A stretch of DNA of 61,127 bases, filler included. It is 8 parts of 8 records of this genome, joined end to end, with 100 filler letters (N's around TTAATTAATTAA, not from the genome) between each part and the next. Parts side by side here need not be neighbours in the genome. Positions count along the whole stretch, not along the records: positions 17,233 to 29,511 come from SRR31156797_30944; 7 more parts are not named here. The stretch is one strand, 5' to 3'. The notes below the pieces were generated by a model. It searched no databases. It had not been told where the DNA came from and worked only from the letters and a program-made list of their open reading frames with translations. The translations under genes were made by a program, and so were the position numbers. How positions within the stretch are numbered: position 1 is the first letter of the stretch; each line of letters opens with the position of its first letter. Below are positions 20,007-29,611 of the stretch, one piece after another.

Positions 20007-22091
20007 TTATCGAATGATCACGAATTTACCGACATAATTACCTATATCGGAACTGACTTTATAAAGATATACACCCGGAGCCGCTTCTTGATCATTACGT
20101 GTGATCAGATCCCAGATCGCAGTACCCTCGCGTTTTTCCGGCAGGGTTTCGTTCGGACCGCTGACACGGGCATCGGACTCATTGATCTGATCTACAAAAT
20201 CGCCATCAAGAGTGTAAATATCAATGACTGCGTTATCCGGCAGATTGATAAACATCAATTGATGTTCCCAAGGTGATGTACTGGAACTTGGAATAGGATT
20301 ATTCCATGAAGCGGACCCGATATAAGGATTCGGCACTACTCTAATATCATCCAGAGATACTGCAGGTTCGGAAGTCGGCGTTACCGATTGGTAAAGCACT
20401 TCCGACGAATACATGGTTCCATAACCGGGAACGTCATTAGAGATCGTTTGAACACAATAGTAATAATCAAACCCGAATAATTTAGCTGTGGTATCGGTAA
20501 ACATATAATAACTGTCACCGCCAAGATCCATGGGAGGAGGCCAATTAGCTCCGCCTTCTTCAAATCTGGCTACCTCATCCCAGATAAAAGTACCATTCGG
20601 TTGTTTCCTATTGCAGCGAATGACTCGATAACCGTTGAATTTACCATGCGTTTCCGCATCATTTTCCCAGGAAAGCTCAACATTACCCTCTTCGATCACT
20701 TCTTCCAAGCTGAACACAGGAGGTGGGGCAACCAATTCATCAAGATCTACATTGTAATCATGATCAATTATATACTGCGCCATCAACATAATCTTATTCA
20801 ATTCGATCAGTGAATAGATACCGCCGTTCAATTGATCACCACCCACGCCATAAGCCATGGTTACAACAACCGAATCACCTGATTTTAATGTATCAAGCGA
20901 GCCATAAGATGTTAAGGTACGGTAATCTTCTGGATAAAAATATCCGTTCTGCCACTGCGAATAGATGGGATTTACAGCCTCAGTAATATTATGAAAATCA
21001 TTAATATTTATATAATTATTCCAACGCTTGTTATCTGTATCGGGATCATCGTGGATCGTACAGGTCACATAAGATTTGGGTTTTAATTCGGGAACTGTTT
21101 TCAACATTCTCCAACCCAAAAATCCTGCCGAATTGAAAGATCCGTCAATATCAGGATTACCGAAATCATCATCAACATAGTTATAGTCGAAATCCAAAGG
21201 CAGCATGGACAATTCAAGACCCCAATCCTCGGCTTCAACATTTAGGTTATCGCCGTCCCACATGAAGGTCATCATGGAATCCAAGGGATAGGTTTTTAAT
21301 GAATCCAGCATGAATGGTTCAGCCTCTGCCTGACGTTTCATATAAGGTACCAGCGTTACCCAATCCCAACCGGAATAGGTTCCGTTAAGATCCGTATCAG
21401 TGGCATCATCAATGGTAAAGGTTGCATCAGCATTGCTCAATGCATGATCATCCTGGTTTACTCGCTGATCCTCTACATCCCAGTCTGCTCGTTTTGCAAC
21501 ATCACCATCCATTCTGATGGTAAAGGTGAAATCATAAAGATCTCTAAACGTATCAGGGACATAATCGTTGTTGCTGTCCAAACCGATATTCTTGATGGTA
21601 TACTCTACAATGATAAAATCATCTGCGATCGGATTGCTCCATGCATAAGTTCTTTCTTTGATCTCCAATCCCAGAGGATCAGGTTCAGTTGCGGAAGTTC
21701 CATTCACATCCCAGAAACGTGTATAGGTTTCTTGTTCCGCACGAGTTCCGGAAGTTGATACATGAATGGAATCCAAAGGAGCGTATTCGTTATCTCTTTC
21801 ATTAAGAACACTGTATTTGATCGAAGCTCCATCCCTATATCCGGCTGACAGCCATAAAGTCCCGGCATACAAATATGAATTACCCGAACCACCCGGCCAC
21901 TCACAGGAAGGTTCAACCGTTGAGGCATAACTGTCATCACCAAATTCACCGTAGTTGGTCACTCTATTCCATAACATACCGATCTTTTGGACAAAAGTAT
22001 CATAGGATACCACATTGTAATCTGCCCATAATCCGCTTGTAAGCAACAGAAGCGACAATAACAGCACACTAAATTTATTATTCATTTTCAT
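20007..22091 (-). CDS. Secreted acidic protein with FN3-like domain and variant T9SS-like C-terminal domain
   Basis: Signal peptide, CEWPGGSGNSYLYAGTLW, VELSW..GYRV FN3-like region, terminal IRVVPNPY..MFINLP..IYTLDG..WDL..APGVYLYKV..GKFVIIR. Confidence 0.7.
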   Translation of the reverse strand: MKMNNKFSVLLLSLLLLTSGLWADYNVVSYDTFVQKIGMLWNRVTNYGEFGDDSYASTVEPSCEWPGGSGNSYLYAGTLWLSAGYRDGASIKYSVLNERDNEYAPLDSIHVSTSGTRAEQETYTRFWDVNGTSATEPDPLGLEIKERTYAWSNPIADDFIIVEYTIKNIGLDSNNDYVPDTFRDLYDFTFTIRMDGDVAKRADWDVEDQRVNQDDHALSNADATFTIDDATDTDLNGTYSGWDWVTLVPYMKRQAEAEPFMLDSLKTYPLDSMMTFMWDGDNLNVEAEDWGLELSMLPLDFDYNYVDDDFGNPDIDGSFNSAGFLGWRMLKTVPELKPKSYVTCTIHDDPDTDNKRWNNYININDFHNITEAVNPIYSQWQNGYFYPEDYRTLTSYGSLDTLKSGDSVVVTMAYGVGGDQLNGGIYSLIELNKIMLMAQYIIDHDYNVDLDELVAPPPVFSLEEVIEEGNVELSWENDAETHGKFNGYRVIRCNRKQPNGTFIWDEVARFEEGGANWPPPMDLGGDSYYMFTDTTAKLFGFDYYYCVQTISNDVPGYGTMYSSEVLYQSVTPTSEPAVSLDDIRVVPNPYIGSASWNNPIPSSSTSPWEHQLMFINLPDNAVIDIYTLDGDFVDQINESDARVSGPNETLPEKREGTAIWDLITRNDQEAAPGVYLYKVSSDIGNYVGKFVIIR

Positions 22092-22109
22092 TATATGTCT
22101 CCTTTATCC

Positions 22110-25049
22110 CTAGAATTGAACCGACAGGCCTGCACGGAACTGTCTGGGATCATTGTATACTTCAGGATTATAAATGAACGAATTATCAACATCTACACCA
22201 ACGATCGCAGCATCGTTTTCCTGATTGTAATATCTGCTGGATCCGATGTATGAGATATACATGGTGTTGAATACATTGAATACGTCTAAGAAAAGATTCA
22301 TTTTTACCGGACCCATTGATATGAGACGGTTGATCCTTAGATCAAGATTGTATTTCCAAGGTAATCTCAGATCATATGTCTTTCCGGTTCCATAAGAGGA
22401 ATAAGGAAGCCCACTGTTGATATCAAGCTGGAAGTTCGCTCTCCAATTCCTTAGAACAGGCGATAAATGCGCCGGTGTTTTTAAGGTGACGTTCGCATTG
22501 ATCGTATGCGTTTGATCATAGCTAAGCGGGAACATCTTCTTATCTTCATTGAACAGAGGCGTGTTGTAATCATTGTACAAACGGCCCTGAGCGCTTGAGA
22601 AGGTATAGTTGATGTTTGCACCCCAGAAATCGGTCATAGCCTTGTATAAAGCAAATTCCACACCCTTAATGTTCGCATAATCGGCGTTAACGTAAATATC
22701 ACCGTCACTTGAGGTATTCTGGAATACGAATTTCTGATAATTCATCAAGTTTGTTACATCTTTATAATAACCCGTGACCGATACTTTCAATGTAGGTGAG
22801 AACAAGTGCTCGATACTAATATCATAAGACACCGTCTTTTCGGGTTCCAATGAAGGATTTCCGATATCATTGTTCGTCGTGGTCAAATTATCGTAGGACA
22901 GGTTCCTATATAGATAATATGAATCCGGTCTCTGGAAATAATGTCCGTAGGTAAACATCAATTTATCTCTGTCCGTAATGGGATAGGAAATACCAAAACG
23001 AGGTGAGATCTGATGGGTTGGTTTTGCGGTTTGAGGATCGGTTAGGATAGGAACACCGTTCGTATCAACCAATGAGAATGGATCGGTAAAATCAGCCGGA
23101 TATTCGACTTTATCACCAAAACCGTTAGGATTGAAATAGTCGTAACGCAAGCCGACTAAAGCGACCAAGCCCTGGAATTCCATCTTATCCTGAACGTACA
23201 TACCAAAGTCAACATTGTCTTCTTGCCAGATGTCTGTCCTGAAGTAAGACCTTGAGTAAACCGTATCTATGGGATCAAACTCAATAGAGCTCCAACGCAT
23301 GTTGGTTACATCCATATTATTGTGTGTGAATTCAAATCCACCACGAACCTGGTGATTTTGAGTTACCTGACTTTCAAGATCAAATTTCAATTTATTAACA
23401 AAAGATTGCTGATCACGGTAACCGGGATCGTCACCATCGGTCCACCAAATGTTATTCTCACGCAATCTGTCTTCATAATGTGGACCCTCTCCATCAAAAT
23501 CCCAGTTCAAGAATTCCATGACATCGCCATCACCGTCACGGTCTTCCACATCACGCACACCATAAAAGTAATTGGAATTCATGTGCTGGTATTTGATCTC
23601 ATAATAGGTCTTTGAACTTAATTGATGTGTAAAACCTAAATTGAGGGTATACGCTGTTTTTTCACGATCCCAGAGATGGTCCTGGATCCTGGCATCAGTA
23701 TATACTTCTTTAAAATATACTTGATCACGATTTGTTAAAGTGTCATCACCAACGACATAGGTGCCGTATCGAGACAATGCAAACGACGAATCTCCTATCT
23801 CGCTCGGATCCGTTACAAAAAAGTAAACCAAAGCCGTATCTCGTTTATTATTGGGATCCGGATCATAAAAATAGGAATTCTGCCAATACTCGTCATCGGG
23901 ACCATATTTAGAGGCATACAGATAGAAATCATCGGAGATGGTCTTGGAGTACATGGCCGAAGCGGATAATTTCATCTTATCATTCAACTTTGCAGTCAAC
24001 TTACCATAGTATTTTTGACTGTTGTAGGTGTTGTTGATAAAATAGTCCTGCATCTCATCTGCAAGGTCTGCAGAAAAAGAAAATGTCAAGCGGTCACTGT
24101 TTGGAATAATTGGGCCGCTCAGGCTTAATCTCAATACATTTTGCAGTTCATGGCGATAGGCCAGTGTGTACCAGCGGCCGGTGTCCGGTTGGATCATTGC
24201 TTGCAGTGAATCCATATCACCGCCCGGGAAGAAATCATAGGTCTTTTCTACAAAATTATCTAAAGGCATTAAAGCATCATTTACAACCGAACCAAAATTA
24301 GTGGTCATATAAGTTGCTTTACCGCTCAGTTTCTTTGAACCTGCGTCGGTTGCTACGTTAATAACACCGGACTGCACATTACCGAACTCGGCACTTAAAC
24401 CACCCAATGATACTTCCATTTCGGTAATTGCTTCCGTCGGCAATCCCAGTGTAAATCCACCGGTACTTCCCGAATAGGTGCCTGCAGGGTCGCGGACCGG
24501 CATACCGTCCACAACCACCAGAACTTCACCCGAACGGCCGCCACGAAAGTGCGAACCGACAACACCGGGTTGATTCTGTGCAATTGTCATGAAATTATCA
24601 ATAGGTTGGACCTGCATTTCTTCCGAAGACACATTATGTGTCGATGCAAAAGCATCTTCCTGAAGCAATGAACGTGTAGCTACCACAACAACCTCTTCGG
24701 TGCCGATAGCTTCCACTTGCAAGCCAACGTTCAATTCCGTTGTTAAGTTCATGTTCACGCTGATATCTGTTATCAGCATAGAGCCATAACCTACGTAACT
24801 GACCCTGGCTTCATATTGGCCCGGATCTACATTAAGAATAGCATAATAACCCTCTACGTCGGTTGCGGCACCCATGCTGGTGGCATTGCCATCTACTAAA
24901 ATGACAATATTCGCTCCAATAAGAGGTTCATTTGTTTGTTCATCTCTGATTATTCCCGAGATCTTTCCGGTTGTTGCACCAAAAAGTCCGGATATGAGCA
25001 ACAAACATGCTAAAAAGCATAAAAATGCCCTTTTACTGCATCTTACCAT
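22110..25049 (-). CDS. TonB-dependent receptor with N-terminal carboxypeptidase-regulatory-like domain
   Basis: TTGKISGIIRD..EPLIGANI, plug motif HFRGGRSGEVLVVVDG and AEFGNVQSGVIN, GLRYDYF, ISPRFGISYP, GNPSLEPEKT, terminal Phe (GLSVQF). Confidence 0.92.
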   Translation of the reverse strand: MVRCSKRAFLCFLACLLLISGLFGATTGKISGIIRDEQTNEPLIGANIVILVDGNATSMGAATDVEGYYAILNVDPGQYEARVSYVGYGSMLITDISVNMNLTTELNVGLQVEAIGTEEVVVVATRSLLQEDAFASTHNVSSEEMQVQPIDNFMTIAQNQPGVVGSHFRGGRSGEVLVVVDGMPVRDPAGTYSGSTGGFTLGLPTEAITEMEVSLGGLSAEFGNVQSGVINVATDAGSKKLSGKATYMTTNFGSVVNDALMPLDNFVEKTYDFFPGGDMDSLQAMIQPDTGRWYTLAYRHELQNVLRLSLSGPIIPNSDRLTFSFSADLADEMQDYFINNTYNSQKYYGKLTAKLNDKMKLSASAMYSKTISDDFYLYASKYGPDDEYWQNSYFYDPDPNNKRDTALVYFFVTDPSEIGDSSFALSRYGTYVVGDDTLTNRDQVYFKEVYTDARIQDHLWDREKTAYTLNLGFTHQLSSKTYYEIKYQHMNSNYFYGVRDVEDRDGDGDVMEFLNWDFDGEGPHYEDRLRENNIWWTDGDDPGYRDQQSFVNKLKFDLESQVTQNHQVRGGFEFTHNNMDVTNMRWSSIEFDPIDTVYSRSYFRTDIWQEDNVDFGMYVQDKMEFQGLVALVGLRYDYFNPNGFGDKVEYPADFTDPFSLVDTNGVPILTDPQTAKPTHQISPRFGISYPITDRDKLMFTYGHYFQRPDSYYLYRNLSYDNLTTTNNDIGNPSLEPEKTVSYDISIEHLFSPTLKVSVTGYYKDVTNLMNYQKFVFQNTSSDGDIYVNADYANIKGVEFALYKAMTDFWGANINYTFSSAQGRLYNDYNTPLFNEDKKMFPLSYDQTHTINANVTLKTPAHLSPVLRNWRANFQLDINSGLPYSSYGTGKTYDLRLPWKYNLDLRINRLISMGPVKMNLFLDVFNVFNTMYISYIGSSRYYNQENDAAIVGVDVDNSFIYNPEVYNDPRQFRAGLSVQF

Positions 25050-25220
25050 ACACTTCCTTCCTTCGGTTCGGTAAAACTTAAAAACTAATTATTCCGTTAT
25101 TTTCGCTTTTTTCAGCTAATATTAGATTGAAAGTAAGAAAAAGATTTTAAACATTCAATAGATTTTCAAAGCATTTTAAGTTTTTTTTTATTAAACTTCG
25201 CTGAAATCAAGGAGTTAAGC

Positions 25221-26327
25221 ATGAGTCACAATCTAAAGATCACAAAAATCGACATCTATCCATTTAATGTTGCTTCAGAACACGAATTCAAGATCGCCAC
25301 TATGGTGATCAGCGGAGCACAGAACGTATTGATCCACATCCAAACCAATGAAGGCATAGACGGTTGGGGCGAAGCCTCTTCTTTCCGGGCCATTGTAGGT
25401 GAAACACAAATGATCAATCTTGCCGCTGCAAAAGAGATCCGTGAGATGTTGATCGGTAAGAATCCCTTGGATTATGCATCACGAGTTCGTGAAATGGATG
25501 CTTTTCTTCCTCTCAACTCTACGATTAAAAGCGCTTTTGATATGGCCCTGTATGATCTGGCTGCAAAACATGCGGGACTCCCGCTCTATCGCTTCCTGGG
25601 TGGTGAAAAACGTCCCATGGAAACCGACCTGACCATGGGCATAGGCAAACTTGAAGATGCCGGTAAAGATGCTCTTAAGATCGTGAACCAGGGCTTTAGC
25701 AAGATCAAAACAAAAGTGGGTATCGATCCCGAACAGGACGTTCTAAGATTAAGAGCCATCCGCGAAGCTGTCGGCCCCGATGTAAAGATCCGTATCGATG
25801 CCAATCAGGGTTGGGACCGCGTAACGGCTGTTAAAAGTTTGAATCAAATGGAAGAATTGGATATAGAATTTTGCGAACAACCTCTACGCCGCTGGGACCT
25901 TGACGGCATGAAGTACGTTTCTGAAAGAACGTCTATTCCCATTATGGCCGATGAATCGGTCTTCTCCCCCGAAGATGCCATGATGGTTATTCAAAAACAA
26001 GCCGCGCCCATGATCAATATCAAGATCTCGAAATCAGGCGGTATCAAAAACGCCATTATGATCGCAAATATCTGTGAAGCGGCACATATTCCCTGTATGA
26101 CAGGCTGCATGTCTGAATCCGGACTTGCCAATACGGCATTTTGCCACTTTGCCATGGCTCATCCCATTGTGCAATACTTCGATCTTGATGCGAATGTCGG
26201 TCATATCGATGAACCGATCATCGGAGGTGCCATTATTGAAAATGGTATGGTAAGCATCCCCGATGATGTTATCGGAATTGGCGCTTATCCTGATCCGGAG
26301 TTTATTAAGAAGCTGAAAAGCTTATAA
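25221..26327 (+). CDS. Dipeptide epimerase (L-Ala-D/L-Glu epimerase family, enolase superfamily)
   Basis: GWGEA, KTK catalytic motif, DANQGW, EQP, ADES, NIK, DLD motif of dipeptide epimerases; AAGGAG RBS. Confidence 0.85.
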   Translation: MSHNLKITKIDIYPFNVASEHEFKIATMVISGAQNVLIHIQTNEGIDGWGEASSFRAIVGETQMINLAAAKEIREMLIGKNPLDYASRVREMDAFLPLNSTIKSAFDMALYDLAAKHAGLPLYRFLGGEKRPMETDLTMGIGKLEDAGKDALKIVNQGFSKIKTKVGIDPEQDVLRLRAIREAVGPDVKIRIDANQGWDRVTAVKSLNQMEELDIEFCEQPLRRWDLDGMKYVSERTSIPIMADESVFSPEDAMMVIQKQAAPMINIKISKSGGIKNAIMIANICEAAHIPCMTGCMSESGLANTAFCHFAMAHPIVQYFDLDANVGHIDEPIIGGAIIENGMVSIPDDVIGIGAYPDPEFIKKLKSL

Positions 26328-26380
26328 TTAAAATGTCATTAAAGTTGATTTAGAATAATACGATCAAATACAATTCTTCT

Positions 26381-26489
26381 GTAGGGGCGAAATATCTTTC
26401 GTCCCTGTGTTTTTTTGAATGATTTTTCATTTGGGCGAAAAATATTTCGCCCCTACAAAAGAAAAGACGCAGCAATGCTGCGTCTCTAC
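26381..26489. repeat. GTAG-family REP palindromes (one inverted pair plus a second REP type)
   Basis: GTAGGGGCGAAATATCTTTCGTCCC (26381-26405), inverted GGGCGAAAAATATTTCGCCCCTAC (26433-26456), and AGACGCAGCAATGCTGCGTCTCTAC (26465-26489), between convergent genes. Confidence 0.8.
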
Positions 26490-26535
26490 CTCAAATTTCT
26501 AACTTTTATCTTCTACAATAACTAGTCACCAGTCA

Positions 26536-29364
26536 CTATTTCATCAACACCAACTTCTGCGTTACGGTCTCACTTCCCACTTGCAATCTTGCCACATACA
26601 TCCCGCTTGCACACGCGCCGGCATTCCATTTTACTTCGTAAGCACCACTTTCCATTGGCATATCCACCAAGGTTGCGATCTTTTTACCGGAAATATTGAA
26701 AATACATAATTTCACATCGCCATGCTCGGGTAGTTGAAAATTGATGGCTGTTGTGGGATTGAAAGGATTCGGATAACAATCCATGAGAACATGATCCATT
26801 TCATCGGGATATTCTTCGATGGCTACGATCTTGTTTACATTATAAGTGTATGTTTCATCATATAAAGCAGATTGATCATATGCAAACAGGATCCTACGCA
26901 AAGCGGGCGCGCTGGTATAAACTTCTGAATTTAAATTCAAATACATACCTAAACTGTCACCGGCCTTTGCCGGAAAATCGAATGTCAAGGAATCCATGAC
27001 GTGAGTAAAGCTGGTATCTCCTTCTACTGTCAGGATAACAGTGGTATCTATTGCTTCATCAAGATCAATGCTTACTGTTATATTGCTATCTATTGGCGAT
27101 CCAACCATATCAAGATATTCTACAGCCAATCGATAACCGATACGGTTCAAGGCATCGCCATTAAAATGCATATTTTGATTTGAATAACGGTAATAATCAC
27201 AATCGTCAATATCAATGCATCTGGCATAACCGCGCCAATTGGGTATATCCATTTGGGCTGCACGAACAGGTGCTTCATATGGTGAATCAGGGTTCCAGTT
27301 GATCTGCACACAAATAAATGGCAAACTATCCACCTCAGAACTATTCGGGAAACGTTCCCTGATGCTATCAATAAATCTTCTTAAATTACCCGGATACCGG
27401 GAACTTGCCATGGCAGTTTCATCGCTTTCACCTTGAAACCAAAAGAATCCGATGTATTCGAGTTCATATCCATCTTCATGAAAAGCTTCGACTGCATTTT
27501 CATGTTTTTCAACGAACCATTTCCATGTATCCCCTTCGGGTTTCCAATCTTGATACAAACTTGTGCCGCTGTAGGGAGCTTTAATAACCGCCAATGAATC
27601 CGTATAGTTTTTATAAAGCGTCCTGGCAAGCAACATTTCTAAACCAAAACCCTTATCGTAGCCCTTGCAATAATCGTATGAGTAGCCGAATTTTGTCAAT
27701 AAACCCAAAGTTGAATAACCAAAATCACCGTAACAGTACGCCAGATAGTAAGGTATCTGGTTATCAACGGTATCGGAGATAAAATATTTTTGAGGTTCAC
27801 CCATATTCTCGGCATTTGATTGCCCGGAAATGACGATCACTTTCTTCACTTGACGTTTCGCAGTAAAATTCACGCTGTCCAAATGGGTATCCTGGGCTGT
27901 GATAATAATTTCCTCAGGATCAAAAACGTAATTCTTATAAACAGGTACAAAACTGGTATCGAATCCTGCCGGTAGCTCAAAAGAGTAGTAGCCGTCGCTG
28001 TCGGTAACTGCACTGCCGATCTGTACTCCTGCCAGGCCAGAGGAATCTAACATGACTCGACCTCTAATATTCAGGATATTTTTTATTTCAAAAGTATAGG
28101 CATCATCAAGGATTACAGCAGGATCATAAACAAAAGGAATCGTGATCTCGGGGGGGGCAAATTCATATTCATCTGCCGGTACAGGCCTGATATTCAAGCT
28201 GTCGCCCAATTTTGCCGGGAATGTGTATGTTGGTGAATTAATATTACCAATTAAGGCCCTGGTTCCCCCAACGAAAAATCTCATTGAAGGATCGATATTC
28301 CCATTAAAGTTCAAATTCACACTCACACTGCTGTCAATGGGATGTCCTACCAGATCAAGGTAAGTGGTGGCGAGTTTATATCCGATACGATTCAAGGCTA
28401 TACCATTAAAGTGAAGATTTGTATCACTGACGCGGTAGGAATATAGATCATCCACATCGACCCAGGCGGTGTGCGATCTGTTGTTAACTATATTCATCTG
28501 GGCTTGTCTGACCGGTTCCTCATAGATTGCCTCACGATTCCAAATGATCCTTACGCATACGAAAGGTAAAGAATCAACTTCCGACGAATTTGGAAAACAT
28601 TCGCGCATTCTGTCGACTAAATGGTATAGACTGTCACCGTAAATTGCTGAATTATGCGATGACCTGTCACTTTCACCCTGATACCAGAAAAAACCGATGA
28701 ATTCCGGTTCATAGCCTTCGGCATGCAGGGAATCTACACCATTTTTATGCATGTCATTGAACCATAAGCGAGCATCGCCATACTCATCCCAGTTTGTGAT
28801 CAGGCTTGTACCACCCCAACCGATCTTCATAACAGCCAAGGAATCGGTATAATGTTTGAATAGTGTTCTCGCCAGTTGGATCTCAATACCGAAATTCGAC
28901 CAGGAATAAACTCCGAAATTCGACATCAGGCCTAAAACATCCAAACCATGTTCAACTCCGTTATATGCCATATAATACGGTATGTGTTGATCTACATTAT
29001 CGGGAATAAAATATTCGGAGGTACCATGGAATCCGGCATTTGATTGCCCTGCTATCACAATTACTTTTTTAGCCTGTCGGGATGCAAAAATATCTATGCT
29101 GTCCAATACCGTGTCTTGTGAACTGATATTAATAATTGCCGGTTCAAAAAGGAAATGATTCAATTCCGGTGCAAAGCTTGTATCCTTCCCGGCAGGAATA
29201 ACAAATGAAAAATAACCGCTGCCGTTTGTTGAAACGCTTCCGATATCCACACCTTTCAAACCATAGCCATCCAGCATGGCCCGCCCCTGAACGTGAAGGG
29301 AATCAACAGCAAATATTGATGATACGATACTAAGAAAGAACAAGAAAATTGAGATCTTTTTCAT
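26536..29364 (-). CDS. Secreted protein with two sialate O-acetylesterase-like (SASA/SGNH) domains and T9SS type A domain
   Basis: Two copies of GQSNA, FW[YF]QGESD and N[LM]HFNG; C-terminal YPNPFNP..SGMYVARL..QKLVLMK. Confidence 0.85.
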   Translation of the reverse strand: MKKISIFLFFLSIVSSIFAVDSLHVQGRAMLDGYGLKGVDIGSVSTNGSGYFSFVIPAGKDTSFAPELNHFLFEPAIINISSQDTVLDSIDIFASRQAKKVIVIAGQSNAGFHGTSEYFIPDNVDQHIPYYMAYNGVEHGLDVLGLMSNFGVYSWSNFGIEIQLARTLFKHYTDSLAVMKIGWGGTSLITNWDEYGDARLWFNDMHKNGVDSLHAEGYEPEFIGFFWYQGESDRSSHNSAIYGDSLYHLVDRMRECFPNSSEVDSLPFVCVRIIWNREAIYEEPVRQAQMNIVNNRSHTAWVDVDDLYSYRVSDTNLHFNGIALNRIGYKLATTYLDLVGHPIDSSVSVNLNFNGNIDPSMRFFVGGTRALIGNINSPTYTFPAKLGDSLNIRPVPADEYEFAPPEITIPFVYDPAVILDDAYTFEIKNILNIRGRVMLDSSGLAGVQIGSAVTDSDGYYSFELPAGFDTSFVPVYKNYVFDPEEIIITAQDTHLDSVNFTAKRQVKKVIVISGQSNAENMGEPQKYFISDTVDNQIPYYLAYCYGDFGYSTLGLLTKFGYSYDYCKGYDKGFGLEMLLARTLYKNYTDSLAVIKAPYSGTSLYQDWKPEGDTWKWFVEKHENAVEAFHEDGYELEYIGFFWFQGESDETAMASSRYPGNLRRFIDSIRERFPNSSEVDSLPFICVQINWNPDSPYEAPVRAAQMDIPNWRGYARCIDIDDCDYYRYSNQNMHFNGDALNRIGYRLAVEYLDMVGSPIDSNITVSIDLDEAIDTTVILTVEGDTSFTHVMDSLTFDFPAKAGDSLGMYLNLNSEVYTSAPALRRILFAYDQSALYDETYTYNVNKIVAIEEYPDEMDHVLMDCYPNPFNPTTAINFQLPEHGDVKLCIFNISGKKIATLVDMPMESGAYEVKWNAGACASGMYVARLQVGSETVTQKLVLMK

Positions 29365-29482
29365 GTGGACACCTGAATATGTTTAACAGAAAGTTCTGAA
29401 TGGCCAGTCAATTTATACCATTCGTTTTATCCGTATGAATTTATACAGAACTGAATACTTTTCCAAATTATGAATTGTAATA

Positions 29483-29511
29483 AAACGATAAACGATAAAC
29501 GATAAACGATA
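29483..29511. repeat. Heptamer tandem repeat (AAACGAT)n at contig end
   Basis: Four consecutive AAACGAT units running into the spacer. Confidence 0.8.
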
Positions 29512-29611
29512 NNNNNNNNNNNNNNNNNNNNNNNNNNNNNNNNNNNNNNNNNNNNTTAATTAATTAANNNNNNNNNNNNNNNNNNNNNNNNNNNNNNNNN
29601 NNNNNNNNNNN
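29512..29611. other. Artificial contig spacer
   Basis: N-run with TTAATTAATTAA. Confidence 0.98.
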
